Positions 11,572-24,401 of a stretch of 64,000 nucleotides of DNA are shown in pieces. The notes under the pieces are model-generated. The model searched no databases, was not told the DNA's origin, and worked only from the letters and a program-made list of their open reading frames with translations. Location: positions 128,030,001 through 128,094,000 of the forward strand of contig OX597819.1 in NCBI GenBank assembly GCA_951406725.2, read 5' to 3'. Source of the DNA: Octopus vulgaris. Taxonomy: Eukaryota. Numbering within the stretch: position 1 is the stretch's first letter; every line of letters begins with the position of its first letter. The position numbers were made by a program, and so were the translations under genes.

Positions 11572-11771
11572 TTGTCCCCCTAGTATTGCTTGACAACCGA
11601 TGCTCGTGTGTTTACGTCCACGTCACTTAGCGGTTCGGCAAAAGAGACCAATAGAATAAGTACTGGGCTTACAAAGAATAGGTCCTCGGGGTCGATTTGC
11701 TCGACTAAAGGCGGTGCTCCAGCATGGCGGCAGTCAAATGACTGAAACAAGTAAAAGAGTAAAAGAGTAAG
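11366..11771 (+). mobile_element. SINE family B, full length, with internal (TA)/(TG) microsatellite
   Basis: A-box-like tggctgtgtggt, B-box-like ggttcagtccc, CORE-like cttgggcaagt, 3' stem-loop cagtcaaatgactg, (gagtaaaa)n tail; near-identical to 40521-40934. Confidence 0.9.
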
Positions 11772-11874
11772 AGTATCGGCTAAAATAACGAAAACACTCG
11801 ACATTAAAGAAGAAAGATTGACATGCAGTTATGAATTTAAGGAATACATTTATAAGTTGCTATATATATGGATT

Positions 11875-12052
11875 TCAAATTTTAGCACAAGGCCTGCAAG
11901 TTCTTTGGCAGAGGTAGGTTGATTGCATCGACCGTGAGAGAATGGAAGACAAAGTCGACCAGGTGAAATTTGAACTCAGCGACTAAACACAGACGAAACG
12001 TCACTTAGCGTTTTGCCTGGCCTGTTAACGATTCTGCCATCTCGCCGCCTTT
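11875..12052 (-). mobile_element. Old SINE related to family A
   Basis: aaagtcgacc..gaaatttgaactcag...taacgattctgcc. Similar old copies at about 295-560, 13600-13970, 16735-16860, 30925-31100, 38840-38970 and 53900-54060. Confidence 0.7.
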
Positions 12053-12373
12053 GAAATGTGACATATATTGACAAGGTGTAAGTCCAACTCTAAAGGTGCT
12101 TTAGATATTCAATGAATGTCATATTATGATGTATATTATAAGCCTATACCTCTTAAAGCAATAATTCGCCAGATCATATTAGCAAACATATTACCAGAGC
12201 ATTTATTACTGAATGTTTGAAACAGCTGTAAAGTTTATTTACATCCTGCAAATATATGCAACATATTGTATATACATTCTTTTCGCCCATAATCGTTTGA
12301 CCATCTTTCCTCATATTTTATGTGAGTGTGTATGTATGTATGTATGTATGTATGTATGTATGTATGTATGTAT

Positions 12374-12418
<45 letters not shown>

Positions 12419-12420
12419 GT

Positions 12421-12746
12421 GTGAAGGCGCATGGCTCAGTGGTTAGAGCATCGAGCAACGATCGTGATGTTGTGAGTTCGAATCCCGGACCGGGCTGCGT
12501 GTTGTGTTCTTGAACAAGACACTTTATTTCACGTTTCTCCAGTTCACTAAGCTATAGAAATGAGTTGCGACGTCACAGGTGCCAAGCTGTATCGGCCATT
12601 GCTTTCTCTTGGATAATACTGGTGGCGTGGAGGCCGGTATGCATGGGCGACTACTGATCTTCCATACACAAGCTTGCCCGGACTTGTGCTTTGGAAGGTA
12701 ACTTTCTAGGTGCAATACCATGGTCAGTCATGACCGAAGGAGGTCT
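12421..12746 (+). mobile_element. SINE family D (tRNA-like head plus CORE-like segment)
   Basis: tggctcagtggttagagc (A box), gagttcgaatccc (B box), cttgaacaagacacttta. Related heads at about 26915-27150 and 33497-33750. Confidence 0.8.
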
Positions 12747-13145
12747 CAGCATATTTATTGTGTGTGTGTGTCCCTGTGCGTGTGTTTGTGCATGTGTATG
12801 CGTGGGGAGGAGAAGGAGCTGTATGCATATTTCTATCCTTGTCCAATGAAAGAAAAATATAATATACCTCGAAATGAAATGTCATAGGAAGATATTTAGC
12901 ATACCATGTAATGAACGCTGGATGAAACAGAGTGTTCGAAAACAAATTGTTGGGATGACTGCGAATTGCGACACTATTCTGCCAATAAAAGATGAAGATT
13001 GAAGTATAAAGATATAACACAACACTACAATGCTCTATCACTACCGGTAAAACAGGCCCGCGTGCGCATATGTATATGTGTGTGAAGTAGAAGTAGAAAG
13101 GTTTTCGAAATATGCTGATCTAAACGTAAAGATATCAAGAATACA

Positions 13146-13373
13146 TATTTCTTTACTACCCACAAGGAGCTAAACACATAGGGGACAAACAAGGACAGTC
13201 AAACGGATTAAGTCGATTACAGCGACCCCAGTGCGTAACTGGTCCTTAATTTATCGACCCCGAAAGGATGAAAGGCAAAGTCGACCTCGGCGGAATTTGA
13301 ACTCAGAACGTAGCGGCAGACGAAATACCTCTAAGCATTTTGCCCGGCCTGCTAACGGTTCTGCCAGCTCGCC
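13146..13373 (-). mobile_element. SINE family A, full length
   Basis: Near-identical to 44347-44571, 49906-50137 and 62363-62589. Confidence 0.9.
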
Positions 13374-14203
13374 GTGGACGCGGAAGCTCGCTGCATCTCG
13401 TCCCCCACCACAGATGTCCTGGATCTCCACCTTTGGGAGAGTTTATATAATCAGAAATGTACTTTTTCTTTGGTGTCTTTTGTATAAGTTTGCCAATTAA
13501 CATGAAGAGAGAAAGAACAATAAAACCGTGTATCTTATATCCACCCTGTGCCCTAAAATATAATAACTGCTAGAAATTTAGGTTCAAGACCATCAGTTTT
13601 AAGCGATCGACATCACTGCTTCACTGATACTTTAACAACCCTGACCGGATTAAAGGCAAAGTTAACATCGGCAAAATGGCGATGCTGATATCGCCAGGCG
13701 TTTACGCTGATGATCTAACGATTCTGCCAATTCATCGCCCTTATAATAATAATTTCTGCTATTGGCACAATATCGCAAAAATATCGCTGGGGTAGCGCCA
13801 TAGTCGATTAGATCGAACCCGATACTTTTTTATTATTATTTATTTGTTGAGCACGGAAAGCAGAAAGGAAAAATTGCCTTTGGTAGGATTTGAACTCGGA
13901 TGGTAAAGGTATGCTAATAAAACTCACAAAGTATGCTTTCGATACTCTACTGATTCTAAGAGTTCGCCACCCTTTTACTGCTTAATAATTATGGTAAATA
14001 GACTATTAGATAACATCTTAGTTGCATTTTTGTAAAAGAGACAATTGAAAACTGAATAGATTTTTCTGAAAAGTTATCTGGTTTGTTGGAAAAAAGAGAG
14101 GTGGGGGGGCAAATATGACTTGGAAAGAGCATGACTCAGAAAGATAGGGAGAGAGATAAAGCGTGCACGCGAGAGAGAGAGAGAGAGAGAGAGGGAGGGA
14201 GAG

Positions 14204-14286
<83 letters not shown>

Positions 14287-14739
14287 GGGGAGAGGGAGAG
14301 AGCGGGGTGCGTATACATGATTGTGACTGAGATAGAGAGTGATGTGTATATGTGCATGTGTGTGCATGCGGATCTACACACATGCATACGAAGGCTCGCA
14401 TACACATTCGAACACATTCACACACACACACACACGCACGTGAACGTGTGCACTCATAAACACACACACTCACACACACACACACTCTCACACACACACA
14501 CACAGAGAGGGAGATAAACAAATGTAGAAAACTCTTAATTAAGCCGTACAAGTCCTTGTAAATTCCGACTTCTATTTATGGAATTGTTTTGCTCAAGAGT
14601 TATAATTATCAAGTGAATGGCAACGTCATTAAAGGTTGACTCTCCTCCACAATCAATCCTAATTACAAAAATGTTGGCCATTGTAGAACCGAATCCCATA
14701 GTGTCTTGGCGTCACGGCCGGCTGATGCTGATAATGAGT

Positions 14740-15037
14740 ATATTGGTGGCAGTTGTTGTGATGGTCATGGTGGTTGGAGTGGTATTGGTGCCGGTGCTGC
14801 TGGTATTGGCTATAACGGTTATGATGATGCTTGGGATGAGGATGCTGGGGGTGGGTGGTAACAGAGGCACTGACGTTGATGATGATGATGATGATGGTGC
14901 TGGTGACGGTGATGGCGGCGGCGGTGGCGGAGGCCCTGATGGTGGTGGTGGTGGTGGTGGTGGCGGGGACAAAGCTGGTAATGATGCCGGTCATGATGAT
15001 AGTGGTAACACTATTGGGGTTAATGGTGAAAATAATT

Positions 15038-15086
<49 letters not shown>

Positions 15087-15090
15087 ATGA
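14740..15090. repeat. Mixed trinucleotide low-complexity tract (GGT/GAT/GTA)
   Basis: Direct reading. Confidence 0.85.
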
Positions 15091-17796
15091 AGCTAATGTG
15101 AATATGTTTCAAAGAAGAAGGAAAAAGAAAAAAAATTCAAACAGGACGCGGTAGACTGGATCGAGGCAGAAGTGGACCCAACTGGACTTGACTGGACTGG
15201 ATTACTAACGAAGGTAATTTCTCTCTCTTTTCTTTTCTTTCTTTCTAAACTAAAGAGTAATCAATATTCCTTTCATGAAGATGTCAATATAGCGTAATCA
15301 GTAAAGTTAACTTATGCTCGAGGGTGGAGTCGGCGGAGGGTGGTTTTGTTATAAAGTCTTCAGCGCGTGGAGCTGACGGAGATGGTTTCGTCCTGTTTAA
15401 CATCTGAGATTTCTTTTTACTTTCACTTTCAGCGCAGTCAGCATTACTCTGTATTTTGTCTAGAACAAAATTACTTAGATATAGATACAGACATCATACG
15501 TTGTCTATAAGATGCGATGGTGATGACTGGGACAGTTGAACATCAGATAAATATATGCCTTTGCGGTATTTACTTGTGGACTGACTAGGGTTCTAAGTTC
15601 AAATTCAACTAGAGACTGATGTGATTTATATTCGGCGACCAGTTATATTGATTCGAATATATCTATTCACTACAAAAATATCTTCCTGTTGTGATTTACC
15701 AGAACGAAAAGTGCCGCTTGCCATGTATTGATGTTATAAGTGCAGACATGATTTTAAATCAGTTTACGGTCGGATTTGATTTTTTTCCTTGACATGGGTC
15801 CCTTGAAATAAGTAGAACTTTTTCCCTAGCGTAGAACACATAGTCTGTATACTTCCTGGTGGTGGTAGTGCTGGTGGTGGGACAGGTTCTTATGTTATTC
15901 TTACGAAAGGAAAGAGAAGTAAGTTGAGTTAGCAAACCAGGGAAATGTGGATCATTACACGTTAGTTTTTCAGAACTGTGATTTATCCTGGACAGTTAAA
16001 GCCATACTAGAGCTCGAAGCCAAAAGCTATTTTTCAAATGAATAAAAAAAAAAAACTACATCTATTTAAGTGTTTGCTGATTATGGTTTTATGTATTCTG
16101 CATTGTTATCCTTTCTGTAAATATTCCAATCTTTATTGATCTATTCTTTATGACTCGAAACCCTTTTCACTTAATCGAATTTAGACCTATAACTTTGACA
16201 GGATCAATAACAGCTTTATTCCTAACAACTGGCCTAACTTCAGTTGTTTGGAATAATTGAAGTTTAAGTTGATTAACGAAGACAGTGATAAATAAATAAA
16301 TAAATGATGGATTACTCTAAAAAGTGAAAGTAAAAAGCTGATAGGCTCAATTCCAAATAACGACTAAAAGGGTAATTCTCTAAGAGTATAAAGAAAGAGA
16401 AATCAACGAGATAGGGCCAAGAAAATTGAAACTATTTATAAACGAAACATCTGCGGGTCAAAGAAGATCTCATATTTGTCCAAGTATATCTAGACACCGA
16501 TAAGATTTTTTAAAATTAAAATTGGCAGTAACCGATGCTTACAAGTTCTCTTTTTCCTCACCAACAGTGTTTATCCAAAAGGATCATTGTCGATTTATGT
16601 ATCGAGTACTTGGTACCAATGTCGCCGCAGGAATTGCTGCCACAATGCGAAGAACATGGACAAATACCACAAAGCACCATGCATGACACTCTGAAACTAC
16701 TGCCAAAGCCACCGTTCTTGATCGGTATATTCTATCGAGCTCGAAATGATGAAAGACAAATTTGAACTCGGTGGGATTTGAACTCAGAACACAGAGAGTC
16801 GGAGCAAATGTCGTGAGGCACTCTATCCGACACCCTAACGATTCTGCCAAGTTCCTGCCTTAAAGTTAGTTAATATCTGACATAACATGTAACTTTTGAT
16901 GATACAAGATAACAGAATATGTCTGATTTTTTTTTTCAAACTAGATAGGAAATGCATATTATTTAACAATGGTAAAAGATTATAAATTTTGTGTTAGAGG
17001 CGTCTTCTTTATTTCCGATCCACTTTATATTATACATCGGTCAATCTTTATACTGATCCATCGCTAAATCACTTTTTTCTTTGAAAAAAAATGGTTGTTA
17101 TGATCTAAAACTTTCATGGAGAACGGATGATGTTAGTGGTTTACTACGACTTTATTCACAGTGCATTATGGCCAATTTAGAGAATAAGAAAGGGAAGGAG
17201 GGAGAGAGAGAAGGAAAGAAAGACAGAAAGAAAGAAACAGACAAACAAGAAGGAATTAACAGTTAACCCATGTAACCCACAGGTATTTTATCGAGTTTGA
17301 AAGCTGACTTTACAATTCTTTAATTTGAAAATTCTACCAATCAACAATCTTCACTTTCCCTTAAAACAGTTAGGTCACGTCGAGTAATGTAGCTATAGAT
17401 AAATGATACCTGATAGATCAAAACAAAAGAAAACCCGGATGGTTTATATATTTACTCAATTAAAGTTTTCCTACTGCCAAACTACAACAACACCAAATAT
17501 TAGTGACGGCAATTTAACATGCAGTTAAGAGCAAATGTGTATTGTCTAACGTAATACTGGCCATAATGTTTCAATCTTGAATACTGGATGTTACACAAAC
17601 ATTTTAATCGTTGTTGAGATTATTAAAATAACACCAATTTCATGGCCAGAAAGTATTATACGAACATTTATTAAATTAAACAATTATTGCCTTTTGTTTC
17701 CGTTTTTATACTCTGCCCTCTAGTGCGTATTAGTAATAAATCAATGAACACAAAAAGTGAAGAACTAATTCATCTAATTTGGCAGACTTTATTTTA

Positions 17797-18096
17797 TCAT
17801 CATCATCATCATCATCATCATCCTCATCCTCATACATCATCATCATCATCATCATCGTTATCATCATCATACATCATCATCATCATCATTATCATTATCC
17901 TCCTCCTCCTCCTCCTCCTCATCATCATCATCAATATCATCATCCTCCTCATCATCATCATCGATACCATCGTCATCATTATATTCATCATTGTCATCAT
18001 TATCATCTTCGTTTCCATCACCGTCGTCGATCTTGTCACTATCTACTCTATTACTACTACAACTACTACTACTACTACTACTACTAATACTACTAC

Positions 18097-18137
<41 letters not shown>

Positions 18138-18138
18138 T

Positions 18139-18171
<33 letters not shown>

Positions 18172-18178
18172 CACCACC

Positions 18179-18264
<86 letters not shown>

Positions 18265-18312
18265 AATTACTACTACTACTACAACTGCTGTTGTTGTTAT
18301 TGTTGTTGTTAT
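17797..18312. repeat. Compound trinucleotide tract (CAT, CCT, TAC, CAC, GCT, GTT)
   Basis: Direct reading. Confidence 0.9.
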
Positions 18313-18667
18313 TTCCTCAAGTCCTGATCGATGGATCACCATTTTAGTCTTCACACTGAACTGAATTTCATTTTCGATTTTTGTTAATATATATTTACTT
18401 ATTTCTTAGCCATAATTTTTGCTGAGGGAGCATAAACCTGTAGCCACACACACACTCTGACCGACGCCTCATGCACACGAACGCATACATCGTACTGCAC
18501 AAACACACACACACACACACACAGCCACAAGCAATGCAGAGAGAGAATGCAAAGCAAACACAGAAACTGATACTAATACAAATCATAAACACAAATAATG
18601 ACTGAAAACGACCGAAATGAGTAAGTGTAGGAAACCGGAAACAGACAAGCACACACTCACAGTTGAG

Positions 18668-19560
18668 TGATGATGATGATGATGAGGAGGAGGAAAAGGA
18701 GGAGGAGTGGAAAGGAGGAGGGAGAGAGGAGGAAGAGGCAATGGTGATAGTGATGATGATGATGAGGACGAGGAGGAGGAGGGGAAAGGAGGAAGGAGAG
18801 AGGAAGAAGAGAAAATGGTGATGGTGATGATGATGATGATGAGGACGAGGAGGAGGGGAAAAGAGGAGGAAGAGACAATGGTGATGGTGGTGATGATGAT
18901 AATGATGATGATGATGATGAAGAGGAGGAGGAGGGGAAAAGAGGAGGAAGAGACAATGGTGATGGTGGTGATGATGATAATGATGATAATGATGATGATG
19001 ATGAGGAGGAGGAGGAGGAGGGGGAAAGGAGAAGGGAGAGAGGAGGAAGAGAAAATGGTGATGGTGATGATGATGATAATGATGATGATGAGGAGGAGGA
19101 GGAGGGGGAAAAGAGGAGGGAGAGAGGAGGAAGAGACAATGGTGATGGTGGTGATGATGATAATGATGATGATGATGATGAGGAGGAGGAGGAGGAGGGG
19201 AAAAGAGGAGGAAGAGACAATGGTGATGGTGGTGATGATGATAATGATGATGATGAGGAGGAGGAGGAGGAGGAGGAGGGGAAGGAGGTGAGAGAGAGGA
19301 GGAAGAGACAAAGGTGATGGTGAGGAGGAGGAGGAGGAGGAGGGGAAGGAGGTGAGAGAGAGGAGGAAGAGACAAAGGTGATGGTGAGGAGGAGGAGGAG
19401 GAGGAGGTGGGAGAGAGGAGGAAGAGACAAAGGTGATGGTGAGGAGGAGGGGAGGAGGAGGAGGGGAAGGAGGTGGGAGAGAGGAGGAAGAGACAAAGGT
19501 GATGGTGATGAGGATGATGATGATGATGATGATGACGACGACGAGGATGATGATGATGTG
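18668..19560. repeat. Minisatellite of about 55-65 bp units built from (GAT)n and (GAG)n
   Basis: Anchor gaggaggaagagacaa(t/a)ggtgatggt recurs more than ten times. Confidence 0.9.
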
Positions 19561-19852
19561 TACGATGGTGATATTTATGATGTCAATGATGACGAGATTA
19601 GGTCGATTATGAAAATGAAGACAGTGGTGGTATTAATGATAATGATTATGGTCATCATCATCATCATCATCGTCTTCATCAACACTATCTCCATGCTACT
19701 GCTGCTGCTGATGTTGATGATGATGACAAGGCGTGTGTGAATGACATGAGTAAACGACAACTGCAATCCGATGACGCCAGGGATTCCGATGATGAAGTTT
19801 AGTGATGGTGGTCGTGGCAGTAATGGAATGGCTGTTGATGAAACTAATGAAT

Positions 19853-19867
19853 CTGATGATGATGATA

Positions 19868-19927
<60 letters not shown>

Positions 19928-20230
19928 ATGATGATGATGACGATGGTGGTGATGATTATGATGATGATGATAGTGATGATGACGACGATAATGATGATGA
20001 CGACGGTGATGATGATGATGATGATGATGATCGTGGTGGTGGTGGTGATGATGATGATGATGGTGATAATGATGATGATGATGATAATGATGATGATGGT
20101 TATGGTGTTCGAACGAGTGCATGCAATGAGGTACGTTGTGGTGTAGTGTGTGTTGGTGGTTGGGCTCGTCATGATGGTAGTGGGGATGGTAGCGGTGGTG
20201 GTGGTGGTGGTGGTGGTGGTGGTGGTGACA
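19853..20230. repeat. (GAT)n/(GGT)n tract
   Basis: Direct reading. Confidence 0.9.
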
Positions 20231-20663
20231 GGGGACGTGGCGACAGTGGTGGTGGTGCCATAATGAAGAGTGTTATCATGACCACAAGTAAAACGAGAAC
20301 ATCTTCAGTTAAGAAAATAGGAAACATGAAAATGAATATAAACCTGAATAAAAAAACCCAAATTTCTCTAAATTTTAAGAAAATACATTGAATTTGGAGG
20401 TTATTTACTTATAAAGTAATCAATACTTGAAAGATAATTTGGTTTGTTTCAAAAGAGGGGAAAGGTGATGAAGGAGAGATGATGTTAGCGGTGGAGGAAA
20501 TGATGCAAAGAGGGGGATGAGGAAGAAAAATAAGATAAGGGTAAGAGAACTGAGGAAAGGTGGGAAAGTCAACAGGGAGTTGGACTAAGGAAACGAAACG
20601 GAATAATGATGAGTCAGAGACACACACGAATACAGTGAGAGTGAGAGAGTAAGAAAACGATGA

Positions 20664-20711
<48 letters not shown>

Positions 20712-21001
20712 TGATGAGGAGAGAGCTACAAGAACCATTGACGTTCCATGTTTATTCGGGCTCCACATAGATGCATTCTTTATGTCTCTGTATATACATA
20801 CCACAAACTCTGCTACTCTCTATGCATGTATAGGTATACATACATACATACATACATACATACATACATACATACATACATACAAACATACATACACACA
20901 CACACACACAATGCATGTGTATAAATATATATATATACATTACATACATGCAGACATGTTAAGACACACACACACATATAAATATACACAAACACACATG
21001 C

Positions 21002-21041
<40 letters not shown>

Positions 21042-21095
21042 GTATGTGTGTGTGCGAATGTATGTATGTATCATATATATGTATATAGGTATGTA

Positions 21096-21180
<85 letters not shown>

Positions 21181-21363
21181 TCAAAGGTAGGACAAAAAGA
21201 ACATAACGAACGGAATCGATCAAAACATATATATACACACACACATATATATATATATATATATGTACACACATATGCATACATATATATCATGTGTACA
21301 TATACATATATATATATGAATACATATATATAGACACATAAGCATACATATATATATATGTAT

Positions 21364-21412
<49 letters not shown>

Positions 21413-21413
21413 G

Positions 21414-21449
<36 letters not shown>

Positions 21450-21597
21450 ACTGATTCATATTCATACTTATTATATATATATATATATATATACTTATGC
21501 ATCAAAATATACATTTATATGTATGTGTGTTTATAAGTATAAGAGCACATAAACACACGTGCGTTTTTGTGTATGTATTATATATATACATATATAT

Positions 21598-21660
<63 letters not shown>

Positions 21661-21716
21661 TACTTGCCTGTGTATGTATATGTATTTGCCTCCGTGTTTG
21701 TGGCTATGTGTGCATG

Positions 21717-21762
<46 letters not shown>

Positions 21763-22338
21763 GGGTGCGTTTCGAAACAGCATTAACGAAGACGAAAAAC
21801 ATTGATGGACGCTTGAGAGTAAAAACAGCTTATAATTGGGCGAGCAAGGCGTGGGCGAGAGGCGGCGGTGAAAGATGATTTATTTCGCTCTGATCATTCA
21901 ATTTCTCATTTAGCCTTGAGCAAACATGCCGAAAATAATCGATATTGCCCTTCGTTTTACCCACAACTTTATTTATTGTAGCTTTAGTTATTCCTTTATA
22001 TTATACTTTTCAATAATAACAAACATACAAAAAAATATTTTATTTTTATTCGTTTTCGTTTACTTTGCGGGTGAGAGGGTGGATGTTTATTATAAAGTAA
22101 GAATTGGGAAAGAAAACAATACAATTAAAAAACAAAGCTTCTAAATTATAACGAGGTGATTGCGGTAGTGGTTGTGATTGTAGTAGTGGGAGTAATAGTA
22201 GCAGTTGTTGTTGTTGTTGTTGTTGTAGTTGTTGTTGTTGTTGTTTTGTTGTTACTGTGAAAACAACAAAACAAGTAGTATTGATAGTGAACATTCAGTA
22301 AACATGATAGAATTTGGTGTGTGTGTGTCTCTGTGTGT

Positions 22339-22390
<52 letters not shown>

Positions 22391-22574
22391 ATATATATAA
22401 ATATATATCATTTTGTGTGTGTATGTATATCAGTCTACCAATCTGTCTCACTATTTTTTCTCTCTTTCCTTCTCTCTCTTCCTCTCTCTCTATGTGTGTA
22501 TGTATATTTATATATATATATACACACACGTACATATATTCATATATGTGTATACATACATATATATTTATGTA

Positions 22575-22607
<33 letters not shown>

Positions 22608-22628
22608 GTATCTATTTTTATATATATA

Positions 22629-22694
<66 letters not shown>

Positions 22695-22723
22695 CATACA
22701 TATATGTATATGCATACACACAG

Positions 22724-22762
<39 letters not shown>

Positions 22763-22778
22763 GTACATATCGCTTCTG

Positions 22779-23069
22779 CACCCTCCAGATTTAGTACCTG
22801 CGGACTTCCATGTCTTCTCCAAAATGAAAATCCAGCTCAAAGGTCGGTGTTTAATATCGTTGTCGAAATCCAGAGCAGATCACCGAACGTCCTCGACTCG
22901 CTTACGAAAAACGATTTCCAAGCCGAATTCCTAAAGTGGCAGCAATGCTGGGACCGGTCTGTGGCTGCGCAAGCTGACTATTTCGAAAGAAATTATATAA
23001 AAAAAACTTAGGTTAATAAGTTCTTTTTTCTTAAACACAACTCCGGGGTCCTTTTAATACCGCCATGTA
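22779..23069 (+). mobile_element. Mariner transposase C-terminal relic with right TIR
   Basis: [23 protein letters not shown], frameshift, FNIVVEIQSRSPNVLDSLTKNDFQAEFLKWQQCWDRSVAAQADYFE resembles the YSPDLAPxD...GxYFE end of mariner transposases; TIR-like end followed by TA. Confidence 0.9.
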
Positions 23070-23076
23070 CATACAT

Positions 23077-23305
23077 ACTCTTTACTCTTTTGCTTGTTTC
23101 AGTCATTTGACCGTAGCCATGCTGGAGCACCGCCTTTAGTAGAGCAAATTGACCCCAGGACTTATTCTTTGTAAGCCTAGTACTTATTCCATCAGTCTGT
23201 TTTGCCGAACCGCTAGGTTACGGGGCGTAAACACACCTGCATCGGTTGTCAAGCGATGTTGGTGGTACAAACTCAGACACACAAACATATATACACACAC
23301 ACGCG

Positions 23306-23349
<44 letters not shown>

Positions 23350-23489
23350 TATATACGATGAGCTTCTTTCAGTTTCCGCCTACCAAATCCACTCACAAGA
23401 CACTTGCCCAAGGTTCTACGCATCGGGACTGAACCCGGAACCATGTGGTTCGTAACCAAGCTATTTACTACACAGCCACTCCTACACCT
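23077..23489 (-). mobile_element. SINE family B
   Basis: Reverse complement of 11366-11771 with a small deletion. Confidence 0.85.
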
Positions 23490-23557
23490 CATATATATGA
23501 GCAAATATAAATACATGCACCCTTTATTGATACATACATACATACAGACAGACAGAC

Positions 23558-23611
23558 AGAGCCATTTATGATTTCGCATTTTGATGCTTCTCAACGCTCA
23601 TCAGTGGCTCT
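23558..23611 (-). ncRNA. Minimal type I hammerhead motif with mutated cleavage triplet
   Basis: Minus strand agagcca-CTGATGA-gcgtt...aatgc-GAAA-tcataaa-tggctct; 7-bp stem I and 5-bp stem II; U16.1 absent; AATAAA about 30 nt downstream. Confidence 0.65.
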
Positions 23612-23764
23612 AACCACGCCTAGGGTTAAACTCATCACGCCTTATCAGCTTATAATATTTCTGTTGAAATCATGTACTGATTTCATAAACGGTGAAAGTG
23701 AATATTATAAATAATACGGGTGGCTAATTCACAATTTTACAACCTAAAGGCAGAAATATTGACA

Positions 23765-23969
23765 TCACTAAAGTGACAAAGGGCACCAGTCAGCACCAGT
23801 ACTACTAGAAATAAGAATCAAAACAACTCACTAACCACAAAATCATTACCTTAATGAGCTTGTCTCCCTTGTCACCACATTAAGATAGTGCTTTTGTGGT
23901 TATTGAGTTGTTTTGACTCTTATTTCTAGCAATACTGGTGCTGATTGGTGACCTTGTTCACGTTAGTGA
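23765..23969. repeat. Fold-back element, about 92-bp imperfect arms with 21-nt spacer (MITE-like)
   Basis: cagcaccagtactactagaaataagaatcaaaacaactca versus tgagttgttttgactcttatttctagcaatactggtgctg. Confidence 0.9.
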
Positions 23970-24401
23970 CTTGTATCACCGTGGTTGAATCTTCTCTTAA
24001 GTCCACCATTTCGTCAATCGCAGCAGCTTCCAAGCTTCACCACTAATTCAGTTCTAAACTAAATTGCAAACTGTTAATAGTTTTAAAGAGGACACTTCCT
24101 CAGTTATAGTATGGCATAAATAGTTTGAGATTTCGTTCAGTAGGAAAAAGTTACATCAAAATATCTGTGACCTCAAGGGGGGCAGTAAGACAGATATTCA
24201 TCTTCAATTAACAATTTTTTTTTTTAAATTTTAAATTAAAAATATACTTTTCTTACGCTTAAATGATAGAAAAATGCATGAGGAATTCAGAATCGTTAGT
24301 CACATTGAACAAAAATTAGTGGCAAAACAGTTATGAGGTAAAATGGTACAAAATTTAATGTCTATAAGTAAGGAATGTCTGTAAGTAAGTCTTTTACGTT
24401 T

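Noticed and set aside
18668-19560. CRISPR-like periodicity
   Set aside because: The spacers are homologous microsatellites, there are no cas genes, and the context is eukaryotic.
14617-20391. Long poly-His/Pro/Asp/Thr/Gly ORFs (e.g. 18395-19375, 19771-20391)
   Set aside because: Open in several frames on both strands because of trinucleotide repeats; not evidence of coding.
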